Source: Octopus sinensis (taxonomy: Eukaryota). Taken from it: 64,000 bases of DNA. The number at the start of each line of letters is the position of its first letter. Position 1 is the first letter of the stretch. Positions 39,517-52,780 of this stretch are shown in pieces. A model generated the notes under the pieces. The model was not told where the DNA came from. It saw only the letters and a program-made list of their open reading frames with translations, and ran no database searches. The stretch spans positions 41,974,001-42,038,000 of the forward strand of contig NC_043006.1 of the NCBI RefSeq assembly GCF_006345805.1, given 5' to 3'. Both the position numbers and the translations under genes were made by a program.

Positions 39517-40991
39517 TTAAAATCGACCCTACTAGTCCTACCCACTTAGGAACAACAGTACCACCCACTTCTGTAATATTTAATTTAATGAACTCAATGC
39601 TGCTTTTCCCCACTTTTGATTATATTGCTCTGTACTTTGACACTGCAGTAGATGACTTCCCAGGAGATATTTGTACACTTGGGTTTGCTCTTTATGATTG
39701 AAAGTGTAACCTGTCGTAGACCCAATATGGCTGCACTCTCTTAAGGGTTAAAATAAGTTAATGATTTTATTGATGTGAACAATCTAACTTTTATGATAAT
39801 GTAATACATATTAAGTAAGATTTAGTAAACTGTGTTTGGACACGGAGTTTGTAACCATGGTAGTAATTAGCATGTGATTTAATTTTAATTTTTTATCATC
39901 GCTTATATGTTTGTGTTTAAGTGCTTACGCACTTTCGTGTACCTATGGGACGGAATTTTCTTAGGTGCTTGCACTAATTTTCTAGTTCGTCAATTATTAC
40001 CACCACTTGGAATTTTACTGGCTATCTTGGATGTAAGATTCAGCATTATTGTTTATAGATAATTCTTCTCGTAGGCACCTCTTGTACTAGTTACCTCCCC
40101 TTAACTACAAAAAAATTACTGCAATTGGACGGACAGTAATTTATCTATGTATTCGTTTTATTCTTATTTATGTTATGTTGAGAAGTTGCAGAAGGCCATA
40201 AGCGATCTCGTGTCACTTATATCACAATCTTCTCCCCCGCACCCTTTATTTACTGATTCGTTTTCTTCTATATTTACGTATCCCCTGTAACGATCTAAAT
40301 TTTGCCCTTGGTTCAAATATAATTGACCAATTGTAGAGATGGATAGACTTTGGTCAATTCCATAGCGGACAACAGATGGTGGTCTCTACAATATTTCAGT
40401 AAGTGCACCATTATAAGATCCCTACGGTTTTGTTTTTGGATAAATATTAATTAGCTCTATTTAAGATAACATAAGTACCATTCTTTTTCTAGACATTTTG
40501 GTACTTGTTGTCTCCTTTTAGTGCTAACTTCATTTCACTACTATTCATATACTTTGGTTCCCCCTTTATATAGAAATAGCCCGTAAATATTTCCTTAGAC
40601 CACTGCTAGTTCCATTCTTTTGCCTTTCGACTTCAAAGCTCCACGCAGCAAAATGGTATCATTTTACCATTTTGAGCCTTCTGTCCTCTTCTCGAGGCCC
40701 TATTTTTTCGTATTCCATTTTCCCTTCGTTTATTTTATTTTACACATTTGTATTCACTCTGATGAAGATCCATGTATTAGATCGAATGTGCAATGAAGAT
40801 GATGAATATTATTTTCGAAATTCTTTCGTAAGCACCGACTAACATTGGAAGCGGAAACCGGCGTAAGAAATGTTATATAATAGAAATGTTATGTCAAGTG
40901 TTGTATTAAAAAATATTCTAACGATGTGGTCCAATTTGTTTGTTGATCAAATGTTTCTACATTTTCTGATATACACACATACATACATACC

Positions 40992-41023
<32 letters not shown>

Positions 41024-41033
41024 TATATTTCAG

Positions 41034-41215
41034 TAAGAGAAGAGAATGGATATAATAACAATGGGAAACTCATGGTTTACGCTGGCATGTCTTTAATTAA
41101 ATGGGTAACACTGAAGTAAGAAGCAGAGATGAGTTCTTTGTTGCCTATTTAATTAAAGACATGCCAGCGTAAACCATGAGTTTCCCATTGTTATTATATC
41201 CATTTTCTTCTCTTA
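41034..41215. repeat. 77-bp near-perfect inverted repeat with 28-nt loop
   Basis: 41034-41110 pairs with 41139-41215; the three non-Watson-Crick positions are G-T on the + strand. Confidence 0.9.
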
Positions 41216-41648
41216 TATAACCTAAATCCCGGTTTACCAACCAAAGCACTTGCTACCGTGCAATCTTTCAAAAATCTGTACCTACCCAGCTAATAGCCAG
41301 GAGCGACTCTGGATTTAATTATCCTTTAGAGATATTAACTCCTCTATATATATGTACATGACTGTCTAGGCTCTGTGTACTATTTCACAATTTTTATTTT
41401 CATTTTATTCTTGTTTCTTCCCGCAATATTCAACGCTTGGATGTTGCAAAATGTAAGAGTCTGATGAAGATGCAGCCTCCGAATATCACATACCTTTCCA
41501 AATGAAAGTTTCGCTAAAGCGACATTAAAAACAGTAATACCGAAACATTAATGATTTGCTAAACTTTTCCATTGTTTCCTTATTCAGACCATATTATATT
41601 ATATTACATTATATTACATTATCGTATTATATATATACGTATATATAT

Positions 41649-43621
41649 AAATTAAATTAGAGATAAGACCACTATTAGGCAAATCAAACAGTGAAAAACA
41701 TAAACCAAAACATAAAAATGAAAATAATTAATATAATATACAAAATATATAAAATATAAAATTTTAATTTTAATTATTTAAATTTAAAATTTAAATTATT
41801 TAAATTTAAAATTTTTAATTTATATTTATAAATTTTTATATCTTTTTAATTTTTGAAATATTTTTTTAATTTTAAATTAATAAATTTTTAAACTTGTAAA
41901 CTTTTTTCTATTATATATACTGTGTGTGTGTGTGTATCAATGTGTATGTATGTTTGAACATATTCACAGTTGGCACTAGTATATTCCATGCAGTGAGACA
42001 AGAACATTTAAATAATCACTTTCTGACCAAAACTAATAAAAATACATTAAAATTACGACCGTAATCTTGAGAATAAAAACAATTATCTGAATGGCTAATT
42101 CTGGTTTAAAAAGGACAAAGAAGACAATTTCAAAATTTTAATTAATAAGCATTGATTAATTTTATCTAACATGACCTCGCTAGTGAAGCACAGAGCAATA
42201 ATGAGTGAAAATTTTGCAGTGACTAGACAAATACTGTCAGTTCATAGGGTACTTGTCTGATGACCCTGTGAACGTAGAGGCGAATAGCAAGAGACGGACT
42301 CGACCAAAATAAAATTTTATTAATCACTACCGTAGCACTGAAATTTTTTTCTAAGTTTCCAACGAACGGTTATGTGCATGTATGGCGGGGATACACACAC
42401 ACACACACACATACACACACACACACACACACCTGGTTTTGTTGTTATCCTTACCATTATTGTTTTTACGTATTTTGTATTCTTATTCGTGCTATCATTA
42501 TTGTTTTTACGTATTTTTGTATTTTTATTCGTGTAACATCGTCCGTTTTCCGTCCTTGTTTTGTATACATTCGAGGCTTTCTTCCAAGGAATCTAATGCT
42601 TAGATTTCCCTTGGGGGCTGCCCAGATCGGAGCAATCTCAAGATTAATCAGCCGAAATTGCGAAGATGATCCGGTTCTTGACTGATGATTGAGGGCTTCG
42701 AATGTCCCGTCCGTGGTTTTTGTGTCGCCTTCTAAATATTTCACGTTCTTGTCCCGTTTGTATATTTTTTTACTTTTACATATATATATATATATGTAAA
42801 TACGCACACATGCATATACGTGTGTGTGTGTATGCGTGTGTTTGTACTATATCTATTTATCTATGTATGTATATATCTCTATATTATAAATCTGAAATGC
42901 GAAAAGATTGTTTGTTTGTCTGGTTTGGACATTGAGAACGGATTAAAGGCTACTAGATCCCGTCGGATTGACTCCAAAATTTACAGGAACATGTAAAATG
43001 AGGTGAGGATGCCAGTGGACAGAAATCCCTATCTTAAAAGGTGTCGTTGCTAGGGCCAAAAACGCACTTTGACAAGTCTACTCTCATTCTTTTATGTATC
43101 TGTCTTCCTCCGTCACTCACTCTCTTTCCTCCCTTCCCATCACTTTCTATATATAACGTCGTTTAACAGCGTCTAGCTCCCCTTCACATTCTCTTTATAA
43201 CGTCGTCAAACAGCGTTCTATATCTCCCCCTCATCGCCTTCGACAGCGCTTTCACACACTCTCTCTCTCTCTCTACGTCTGTCTGCATTCATAGACAGAA
43301 TTATCATCGCCACCACCACCACGCAATCATGAGAACAAATATTATGAATCAGATATTTATTGGGTTAATTTATATGTGTGTGTGTGTGTGTTCTATATAT
43401 AAATATGTATATTAAACTTTTTAATACTTTTTAATAGTTATATATATAATTTTTTTTAATTATAAATATAAATTAATAATTTTGATTTTAAATTTAAATA
43501 ATTTAAATTTTTTAATTTTATATTTTATATATTTTGTATATTATATTTTTATTTTTATGTTTTCGTTTATGTTTTTCACTGTTTGATTTGCCTAATAGTG
43601 GTTTTATCTCTAATTTAATTT
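41649..43621. repeat. AT-rich foldback element with ~1.5 kb interior (arms ~41649-41880 and ~43415-43621)
   Basis: AAATTAAATTAGAGATAA(G/A)ACCACTATTAGGCAAATCAAACAGTGAAAAACATAAA and its reverse complement; same family as 57184-57633. Confidence 0.8.
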
Positions 43622-44976
43622 ATATATATATATATATGGCGGTGCCCCAGCATGGCCACAGCTCATTAGCTGAAACTGGAAAAATCAAAATCAAAAATCA
43701 AAATCATATAATTTGTATACATTTGTATATATAATGCGTACACACACACACACACACATATATATAATGCGTATATATATATATATATATATAATGTGTG
43801 CATTATGTGGTCGGTTGTGCTGAAAATATGCACACCTATGTTAAAAGTGCTGGCGAGTTTGCATGGCGACTATTTTTTTCCTCAAATGAAAGGCGTCACC
43901 TCTAGGACAAAATTCCTCATCTTATAAAATGTGACCCGAGTAGACCCGAATGAAATCGGGTTATATTAACCAAAATGTGAAAAGAGGTCTAAATGGGGCT
44001 TGAAGGGGATTAAAATTTACAGGAGCGGGTGTTTAGGAATCCTCTGTTACATGAAGCTAAAAAATTTGCGCCAGCCTTTAAATCGTCAATGTGTTGCCGT
44101 CCATGATGAAGAAGTTTTGAATGCTTGCCATGGTGAGTCTACTGTCGTGAGAAAGAATCACTTCAAAGCTTGGTGTTTAGGAATTTTCTTTTACATCAAG
44201 TTCAAAATTTTACGCCAGCCGTTAAACTGCCACTATGTTACTGTCCGTCCTTAAGAAATGCCAGCCATGGTGACTCTACTATCCTCAGATTCTATCCTTT
44301 CAAACTTTAGTTTCCAATATTTTTTTAATTTTTATTCAGCTTGCAAGTTCGTCTGTTAGTGTTTTGCTTTTTGCCTTGAAGCAGACCTTTCTGTTGTCAC
44401 TGCCTGATATTTATGATTGATCTTTCAAACTACTTTCTTTCTCAACTTACTCAAGATCTTTTGTTGTTTATAAATGGGAGAGATATAGATAGAGAGTAAG
44501 AGAAAGCGAGGAAGAGTCCGAGAGAAAGGCAGAGTAAGAGAGTGGGAAAGGTAGAGAGAAAGGAGAGAGAAACAAAGAGGGAGAATCATTATCATCATCA
44601 TCATCATCGTCTAACGTCCGTTTTCCGTGCTAGCACGGGTTGGACGGTTTGACCGGGGTCTGGGAAGCCAGGAGGCTGCACCAGGCTCCAGTCTGATCTG
44701 GCAGTGTTTCTACAGCTGGATGCCCTTCCTAACGCCAACCACTCCATGATTGTAGTGGGTGCTTTTTTCGTGCACCGGCACAGATGCCACGGGGAGAGGG
44801 GCACTGGCAGCGGCCACGATCGGTTGGTGCTATTTTCGTGCCACCGGCACAGAAGCCAGTCAAGGCGGCGCTGCCATCGGCCACGTTTGGTTGGTGCTTT
44901 TTACGTGCCGAAAGGATGCAGCAGTAAATAACAACCACACTCTTACCCGCGCGTAGAGCGGGTCACCTTAAGCTAG
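42876..44976 (+). mobile_element. Helitron termini (5' A|TC at 42876; 3' hairpin + CTAG|T at 44976), possibly from two elements
   Basis: 3': ACCCGC-GCGTAGA-GCGGGT hairpin 9 nt before CTAG; 5': TCTCTATATTATAAATCTGAAATGCG...TTGTTTGTTTGTC. The foldback right arm lies between them, so pairing is uncertain. Confidence 0.5.
44590..44915 (-). mobile_element. RTE-type 3'-end retroposon with (GAT)n tail
   Basis: CATCATCGTCTAACGTCCGTTTTCC...GGATGCCCTTCCTAACGCCAACCACT, typical of RTE-related 3' UTRs. Confidence 0.65.
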
Positions 44977-45127
44977 TATATATATATATATATATAAAGT
45001 TATGTTCTTGTGAGTGTGTGTGTGTGCCTTTGTGTGTATGTATGTGCATGTGCTTGTACGTATATCTATATATCTATCTATACATTGTATATAAAGGTAT
45101 GTGCGTGTGTGTGTGTGTGCCTCTGTG

Positions 45128-45158
<31 letters not shown>

Positions 45159-45707
45159 TTGTGTGTGTGTGTGTGAAAGTTTGTAGACATAAATCTGCTC
45201 TTCTCACTCACTCCTGAAATGTCTTGATTGAGTGAATGTGTACGTTAGAGAAGAACATTGTAGTTTCGGAATGATAACAGTTGGTATCATTCACTGATCA
45301 ATTCAGGTCACTTGAAGTTAACAGTTCTCTGGTATCACGTGACAGTTCCACGTGGCAGAGTGGACAGTCCTGTGGAGCCAGCTCATAAGCCACATACAGA
45401 TGTTTCGGTGCCGTATGTTCACAACTGCTGTTGAACGTGGTGAACTTGAATTTCTAGTAATGACAAGTTGTAACTTTAATGTTACACAAGTTACCCACGA
45501 TTCTAGTGGACAGGCGTTCTACCATTGTATTAATGCAATACTTCAAAAATCATGTGTTCGGTCCTGGCAACCTCCTGTAGAAGCAGCGCCAGATATAGAT
45601 TGAAATTATTTTATTTCAATCTGTATTTAAGTCTGCGGAAAACTTGCAGGGTCTAGGATAATAAGGTACTAATTTTTTTCCTTCTCGCTAAACCACTGGT
45701 AGCTAAG

Positions 45708-45843
<136 letters not shown>

Positions 45844-45859
45844 TATATATATATATATA

Positions 45860-46020
45860 TACGACAGGCGTCTTTCAAGTTCCTTCTACCACATCCACTC
45901 ACAAAGCTTGGTCGGCTCGAGGCTATAGTAGAAGACACTTGCTCATGGTGCTACGGAGTGGAACTGAACCGGAACCAAATTGTTGGGAAGCAAGCTTCTT
46001 ACCACACAGCTACGCATGTG
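45860..46020 (-). mobile_element. OK-like SINE head
   Basis: Matches the family head on the - strand. Confidence 0.75.
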
Positions 46021-46397
46021 CATATAAAGCAATAAACCTATTATTAATGATGCGTTGTTGTTTCAGTCGAATCTTAAATATTCGGGAACCGTGGATCTCC
46101 TCTATTTAGACAGAGAGGTCCCGAGATAAATGACACCTGAGCAGAAACAGTGAGTCAATGTTTACTTGTGTTGCATGCTCGCTAAACCTAACCAATCATA
46201 TAGATGATTGATTAGGTTTAGCGAGCGGACTATGTGACCAATTGTAGTCGGTCACATGGCCTGTACTTGAAGCAAAAATGAGCTTCCTGGTGATACAGGC
46301 GATACGGTCAGTGACCTGTGTGAGGGATTTTCGCGTTCTGTGAAGTCCTGGTATCCAGGAGCAGTCTACAATGCAACAGAAGGAGGATAGGTGAAGA

Positions 46398-46627
46398 CGG
46401 TGAGTTGGCAGAATCGCGAGCACGCCAGGCGAAATGCCTACCGGTATTTCGTCTGTCGCGACGTTCTGAGTTCAAATTCCGCCGAGGTCGACTTTTCCTT
46501 TCATCCTTTCGGGGTCGATTAAATAAGTACCAGTTACGCACTGGGGTCGATATAATCGACTTAATCCGTTTGTCTGTCCTTGTTTGTCCCCTCTATGTTT
46601 AGCTCCTTGTGGGCAATAAAGAAATAA
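46398..46627 (+). mobile_element. tRNA-derived SINE (GGCGAGCTGGCAGAA family)
   Basis: Same family as the 23055-23283 insert. Confidence 0.85.
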
Positions 46628-46902
46628 AAAGGGAGATATGTGTAATCAAAACCTACGAACTGGATGTATGGAAGACGTGATGTGTTGCAGACTAGTAAGT
46701 ATTGGAAATTGCAAACGTGTTTAAAAGTCGTGAGTGGTGGAGTGGATAATATGTAAAAAGAGGTGGTTCTATATCGGAGGGACGGAAGTGCTGTAGGATA
46801 TTATGTTGGAGATGTTAATTGGAAGGATGGTTTTCAAAATTGGGCATGATGCTAGCAAGAAACTTTGAACAGAAGTACAAAATGCTTATCTATACTTTGG
46901 TA

Positions 46903-47048
46903 CTGCAGTCGCTAGCGTAGCTAGAGCGTGTGCCGCCTCCGGACCCCACAAAATAATCATATTGCCTACAGCAGACCCGAAAGTACAACCCCTTTAAAAG
47001 TGCCGCCCGGGACGGACCGCCCCTACTGAGTTACGCTAGTGGCTGTAG
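46903..47048. mobile_element. Small MITE with imperfect 19-bp TIRs and TA flanks
   Basis: CTGCAGTCGCTAGCGTAGC vs revcomp CTACAGCCACTAGCGTAAC (15/19); TA on both sides. Confidence 0.55.
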
Positions 47049-47704
47049 TACATGAGGTGATATCATTCAGACACACGTCAAGCGTAAATACGGACCTGGA
47101 GTCTTCTAAAGCCTTCTTCTAAGCTATTAAAGCCTATAGGTTGAAGACACTAGTCCAGTGGGTCAAACAGTGGACCAAACTAGGAGCACAAGCCTATGAA
47201 TATGTGTCTTTACTACACAGTCATATCTGTGCATTATATATATAAACACGTAGGTACAAAGGCATGCAATAGGTTATATAAACAGACAAAAGGGAATATG
47301 TTTAGCATGTATATCTAATATAAACGAGCGTGTGTGTGTGCGTATAAAGACACGTGTATGCCAGCTACTTACGTGACCTATGTGTGTAGGTTTCAGTATG
47401 CGTTAGTGCACGTGTATGTGTATCTGTGTGGTCGTGGTGAGTAAATTATTCCCCGGTAATTAGTATCGGACCGTGTTTCACGCACACAATCAGAATTGCA
47501 TCTTTATTGCCTTAAGTAAAATACTATTCAAAAAGCTTTATTTAATAAATTCAATTTGAACTTTCAGCTCAGAGCTTAACTTTTATATATTTACGCATTA
47601 TTTTGATATTTGTTGTACATATCTCAGTCCTTGTTATTATTTCCTTCTGTCGTTTACTCTATCGTTCTTTTCTTCTTCTTTAGTCCCTGTCAACAACACT
47701 TTCA

Positions 47705-47742
<38 letters not shown>

Positions 47743-48001
47743 AGTTTCTTTCGCTTCAGTCAACTTCTTGTAACGCTTTCCAATATTCGTCTCTACTTTC
47801 ACTTCTCTATCTTTCGTATGAATACACAGAGACACATATACACACACACACGAACGCACACACTCACACAGACACACACACACACATACATATATACACA
47901 TGATTCTATATCTACAGCAATGCAGAAATACATGCATGCATACATAGGAATATACATGAGTATTCATAGATCGATAGATAGATAGATAGACAGACAGACA
48001 T

Positions 48002-48034
<33 letters not shown>

Positions 48035-48035
48035 G

Positions 48036-48068
<33 letters not shown>

Positions 48069-48089
48069 TATAGATAGATCTATCTATCG

Positions 48090-48200
48090 GGCTCTTTTTT
48101 GCTGAATTGCCAAGTTACGGGAACGTAAACATACCATCATCGGTTGTCAAGCGATGTTGGGGGGACAAAGGCAGACACACAAACACATACACACACATAA

Positions 48201-48254
<54 letters not shown>

Positions 48255-48418
48255 GACGGGCTTCTTTTCAGTTTCCGTCTACCAAATCCACTCACAAGGC
48301 TTTCGTCGGCCCGAGCCTATATTAGAACACACTTGTCTAAGGTACCACGAAGTAGAACTGAACCCGGAACCATGTGGTTCGTAATCAAGCGACTTACCAC
48401 ACATCCACTCCTACGCCT
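48090..48418 (-). mobile_element. OK-like SINE
   Basis: Family head and tail blocks around (TA)n. Confidence 0.8.
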
Positions 48419-48679
48419 ACTATGTAGATTTACCTACCTTTTTGTCCTACGCAAGGTTTCTATAGGAATTTACATTTAAAAATTGTTTGAGCTATTACTT
48501 TCTGTAGTTTCGTGTGCATTTGAGAGACACATTTTGCGTACGAACGTATGTATATATGTTTGTGTATTTTATTTCTTTTCTACATGCGTGTGTGTGGGGG
48601 GGGATATTTTTCAACATTATATTTCTTTCCCTCTTTATAAATTTTGGTTAACAAAATGCATTTACAAGTTTAAAATATA

Positions 48680-48746
48680 GATTTTCACGTGAGTTACTAA
48701 ATATACATACATATATATATGCATACATATGTATGTATATATATAT

Positions 48747-48810
<64 letters not shown>

Positions 48811-48893
48811 CATATATATTATGTATGCATGTATGTATGTATGTATGTATGTATATATATATGCATATACATACATATACATATATACATATA

Positions 48894-48929
<36 letters not shown>

Positions 48930-49133
48930 TGTATGTATATATATATGCATATACATACATATGTATATATAGATTTAAACCTCAAGCATAGTTCTAATTT
49001 TGAATATTCAATTTTAGACACCTATTTATTTTGTATGAAATTGTAACGGTAACACCAAGAAGGCGATAAAGATAATAACATTAATAACGATTATAATAAT
49101 AATAATAATTAATTCTTCTTCTTATTATTATTG

Positions 49134-49190
<57 letters not shown>

Positions 49191-49291
49191 TGAATATGCG
49201 GAGAAGGAGGAAAGAAATGAAGAGGAAAAAAGAAAGAGAAGGGGAGAAAAGAGTAGTAGTAGTGGTTGTAGTAGTGGTAGTAGTAGTAGTA

Positions 49292-49327
<36 letters not shown>

Positions 49328-49579
49328 AGAAGGAGGAGGAGGAAGAACAACAACAACAACATCAACAGTGTTATAAAGAATAAGAAACATTTATATTCCC
49401 CTACAAAATTCGATGAAGATTTATCCTTTGTAAAGTAATAGATGCATTTGTATGCACACACACACAAGCACTCCTCACACACACACACATATATATTTGT
49501 ATCTATATAATTGTATATATACATATATATACATATGCACATATATGTATATATATATATATATTATATATATATATAT

Positions 49580-49649
<70 letters not shown>

Positions 49650-49733
49650 CCATATATATATACATATATATATATATACATATATATACATACATATATA
49701 TACATATATATATACATATATATATATATACAT

Positions 49734-49765
<32 letters not shown>

Positions 49766-50085
49766 CATACATATATATATATATATATACTAATGCATGT
49801 TTGTGTATGAACATAAAGAAAAATAAATTTGACGATAGAAAATCGGCATTCAAATTAACTTGTGAATTCAGTGTGAAAATTGAGTGAAAGACATCTTTCT
49901 TACGGCTGGAAATGTGAATAACAAAATTTCTGACAGAGAATACGATTGTGTGTACGTATAGCGTATATCTGTGTGTGTGTGCCTGTGTCCGTCTGTCTAT
50001 CATGTGCATGTTTCTGTGTATGTAAGTGTATACGAGTGATGTATATAAATAGAGAAATTCAAAGTTGATATGTGTGTGTGTGTAG

Positions 50086-50176
<91 letters not shown>

Positions 50177-50180
50177 CACA
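48680..50180. repeat. Dense compound microsatellite field (TA, TAGA, TATG, ATT, AGT)
   Basis: Read directly; similar fields at 4200-4530, 29310-29780, 33950-34730 and 60020-60225. Confidence 0.95.
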
Positions 50181-50879
50181 GATACATTGATACATAGATA
50201 GTTTTTTAAATGTAAATATATCTTTTACTTTCTTCTTTAATATGTTTCGGATTAAAATCGCCATATAGATAACATATGGATATGACAACAAATTATTCGC
50301 AAAATATTTCTAATTGGAGCCTGTTTATTTTCGTAGCGGGTGGTTCTGGAGTCAAATTGTGTAAATTAGTGTAGTTATCCTAAACCTAGCATCCTACGCA
50401 GCAGATTCTAATGTGAGTGACAAAAATAACAGCCTATCGAAGTTTATCCATCCATGTATTTTCTCCACCCGCTATTCCTGGAAAAGCCGTTATGTAAATT
50501 TCTCAGTTAACCTCCCTGATTTCCTACCTTACGTATCCTGTTGAGTAATGTTACTCCATTTCGGCCGGTTACATGCGCGATTGCATCTTTTCGGTCATTA
50601 CCAAGCAGTCGTGACAATAGGGGTGTATAGACACGAAAACCGAATTGAAGATTGCAAGTTTGGCATTTTTTACTCGCTTCTCGACTTTGAAACTTGAGGT
50701 TTTTACGACGAGAACCATAACACGATAGAAGAGGAAACAAACAGCTGGAATTTTGTGATCTTGATCAAACTGGACATGAAATTACGACAGAGATCTGCAT
50801 ATTGCAATTCTAGTGTTCGTTCAGAGTAATTTCACTTTTGTAAAGCCACCTATTTTCCCCAAATAGATTATTTGTAATA

Positions 50880-51530
50880 ACATCTGTAGCATAAATAAAT
50901 AGACTAAAGTCAAGTTCGTTCTTGAGTCATGTCGACTCTTAAGGATCGGTTTCCCGGTTTCCATAGCGTGTATATTACTCACTTGGGTGGCACTCTGGTC
51001 CGTCGCTAGATTACTCATTTTTGACAGCTGAATGGACTGGAGCAACGGGAAATGAAGTGTTTTGCTCAAGAACACAACGAGTCGCCCGGTCCATGAATCG
51101 AAACCACAATCTTATGATCATGAGTCGAACACCCTAACTACTAAGCCACACTCGTCCACAATATGTAGACCACTGAATGTAAACGATAATGCAGTGGAAT
51201 CTCTTTATTACAGACCCTTTTCGGTCACGAATGACCATGGGATTATATCTAGAAAGTTACCCTCCGAGGCCAGGTTGTTTGTGGAAGACCAGCAGTCACC
51301 CATACATACCAGCCTCCCCTCTCCACATCACTGATTTTATCCAAGGGAAAGGCAAAGGCCGATACAGCTTGGCAGCAGTGATGTAATTCGCTTCTACGGC
51401 TGACTGAACTAGAGTAACGTGAAATACAGTGTCTTGATCAAGAAAACAACACAGTTCTTCCAGGGATGCAACTCACAACCTCACCATCATAACCCCGTTG
51501 CTCTAACCACTGAACCACGCGCTTTCACAG
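50880..51530 (-). mobile_element. Cluster of decayed tRNA-derived SINEs
   Basis: B-box-like GGTTTCGATTC (revcomp at ~51095) and GTGTTTTGCTCAAGAACACAAC / GTGTCTTGATCAAGAAAACAAC blocks. Confidence 0.55.
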
Positions 51531-52149
51531 TGGGGTGTCTATATACGTACATAATCCATTCTGGACACCTGTTCCTTGACCGAATTGTTCGTTACATGAC
51601 TAAATAGGAATAATCTTTTCCAAGTAATCTTCTGACAAAATATAAAGAAATGAAAAGCTTAAATTGCCCATCCATCAATAGCAAATGCATAACTATGTGT
51701 ATATATGTCTGTGTGTATGTGTATGTGCGCACACACGCATTCTTTTTTTTTTCTGGTTTCTCTTTGATCCATGGTTATGTGTTTAGCAAAAACCTACAAG
51801 AAATATTATGTAATGCATACATGGACTTTAACGAACCGTTTGCATACACTCTTCCAGCTACATATATACCTACAAAGCCAGTTTGTGGATTTTTGTTGTC
51901 GAAATTTATGCTCGCTGGCTGAATATAATTTTCTTCAGACAAACTATTTGCTAAGCAGTTCTTCATTTAGCGCATCGTTCGTATATAGCCTCTCATTATT
52001 TGTTTGCATGCGTAGTCTACTCACGGATCGTTGTTCAAATTTTGACTCGTTAAACGAATGGGTTTCCACTCCCTTATATGTGTGCGTAGTCTGCTCAAAT
52101 TTCAGTTCATCATATGAGTTTAATTGTCTTTAGCAAAAGCGTTCGTTAT

Positions 52150-52780
52150 TCAATTTTTCGTATAGAGAACAGTTCGCATGAGTATATTACTGTATACTGA
52201 ATCAATTAAGATCTGAACACGCAGATATAAAACATTTACTTTAAAGCCTGAGGCATCTATTACGTAACGCATCCCTCGCCATTCTTCACCATCCACATTG
52301 TCTTCCAGCAAAATTACCATGATTCCTTCTAATAACCTTTTGAACTTTGGTTTCAAAACAATGATTGTTTAGTGAAGGAACAGACAACAAACTTCCTGTG
52401 ATTGTGTTATTATTCGTGTTTTGGTTAGTGCTGTTATCATGGCTGATTTTATTCCTGTAGTTTTTTACTTTCGTTATTGTATTTATCGTTGCCATTTTCG
52501 TAAATATAGCTCTATTTTATTTACAAAATCATTTAGCAAGGCGAGTTACTTAACCTTTACATTTCTCAACCTACAAAACTATTTGCATTCATCTATTGTA
52601 TTCCTTCATACAGCATTACGCGGCTCCGATTTTCCCAGATAAATGTATACGCTTAACTTCTGCTAAAATTTCTTTTCGGCCATCTTGGTTGAGTAAGTTT
52701 ATTTTCAACTGGTCTTTCACTCGAGTAACTCTGCCTTTAGTGTTTGTTATCAACACCTTTCACGTCAAACAACAACCGTC
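52150..52780 (-). mobile_element. Decayed RTE LINE 3' fragment
   Basis: KVLITN...KEILAEVKRIHLSGKI (xTKVM...V..FxYLGSxI) and PKFKRLLEG...W-type C-terminal motifs. Confidence 0.5.

Noticed and set aside
40337-40398. Possible exon ending TTCA|GTAAGT
   Set aside because: Weak acceptor; only the phase-0 frame is open, incompatible with the phase-1 signal exon.
41455-41490. CTGATGAAG...CCGAA HHR-like string
   Set aside because: Helix I and II do not pair convincingly and there is no NUH site.
42680-42712. CTGATGA...TTCGAATGTC HHR-like string
   Set aside because: No helix I complement.
46110-46150. Micro-exon candidate ending ACA|GTGAGT
   Set aside because: Stops in all three frames.
50520-50800. 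Near-open frame with HLFGH, suggestive of a decayed mariner C-terminus
   Set aside because: Similarity too weak and no TIRs found.
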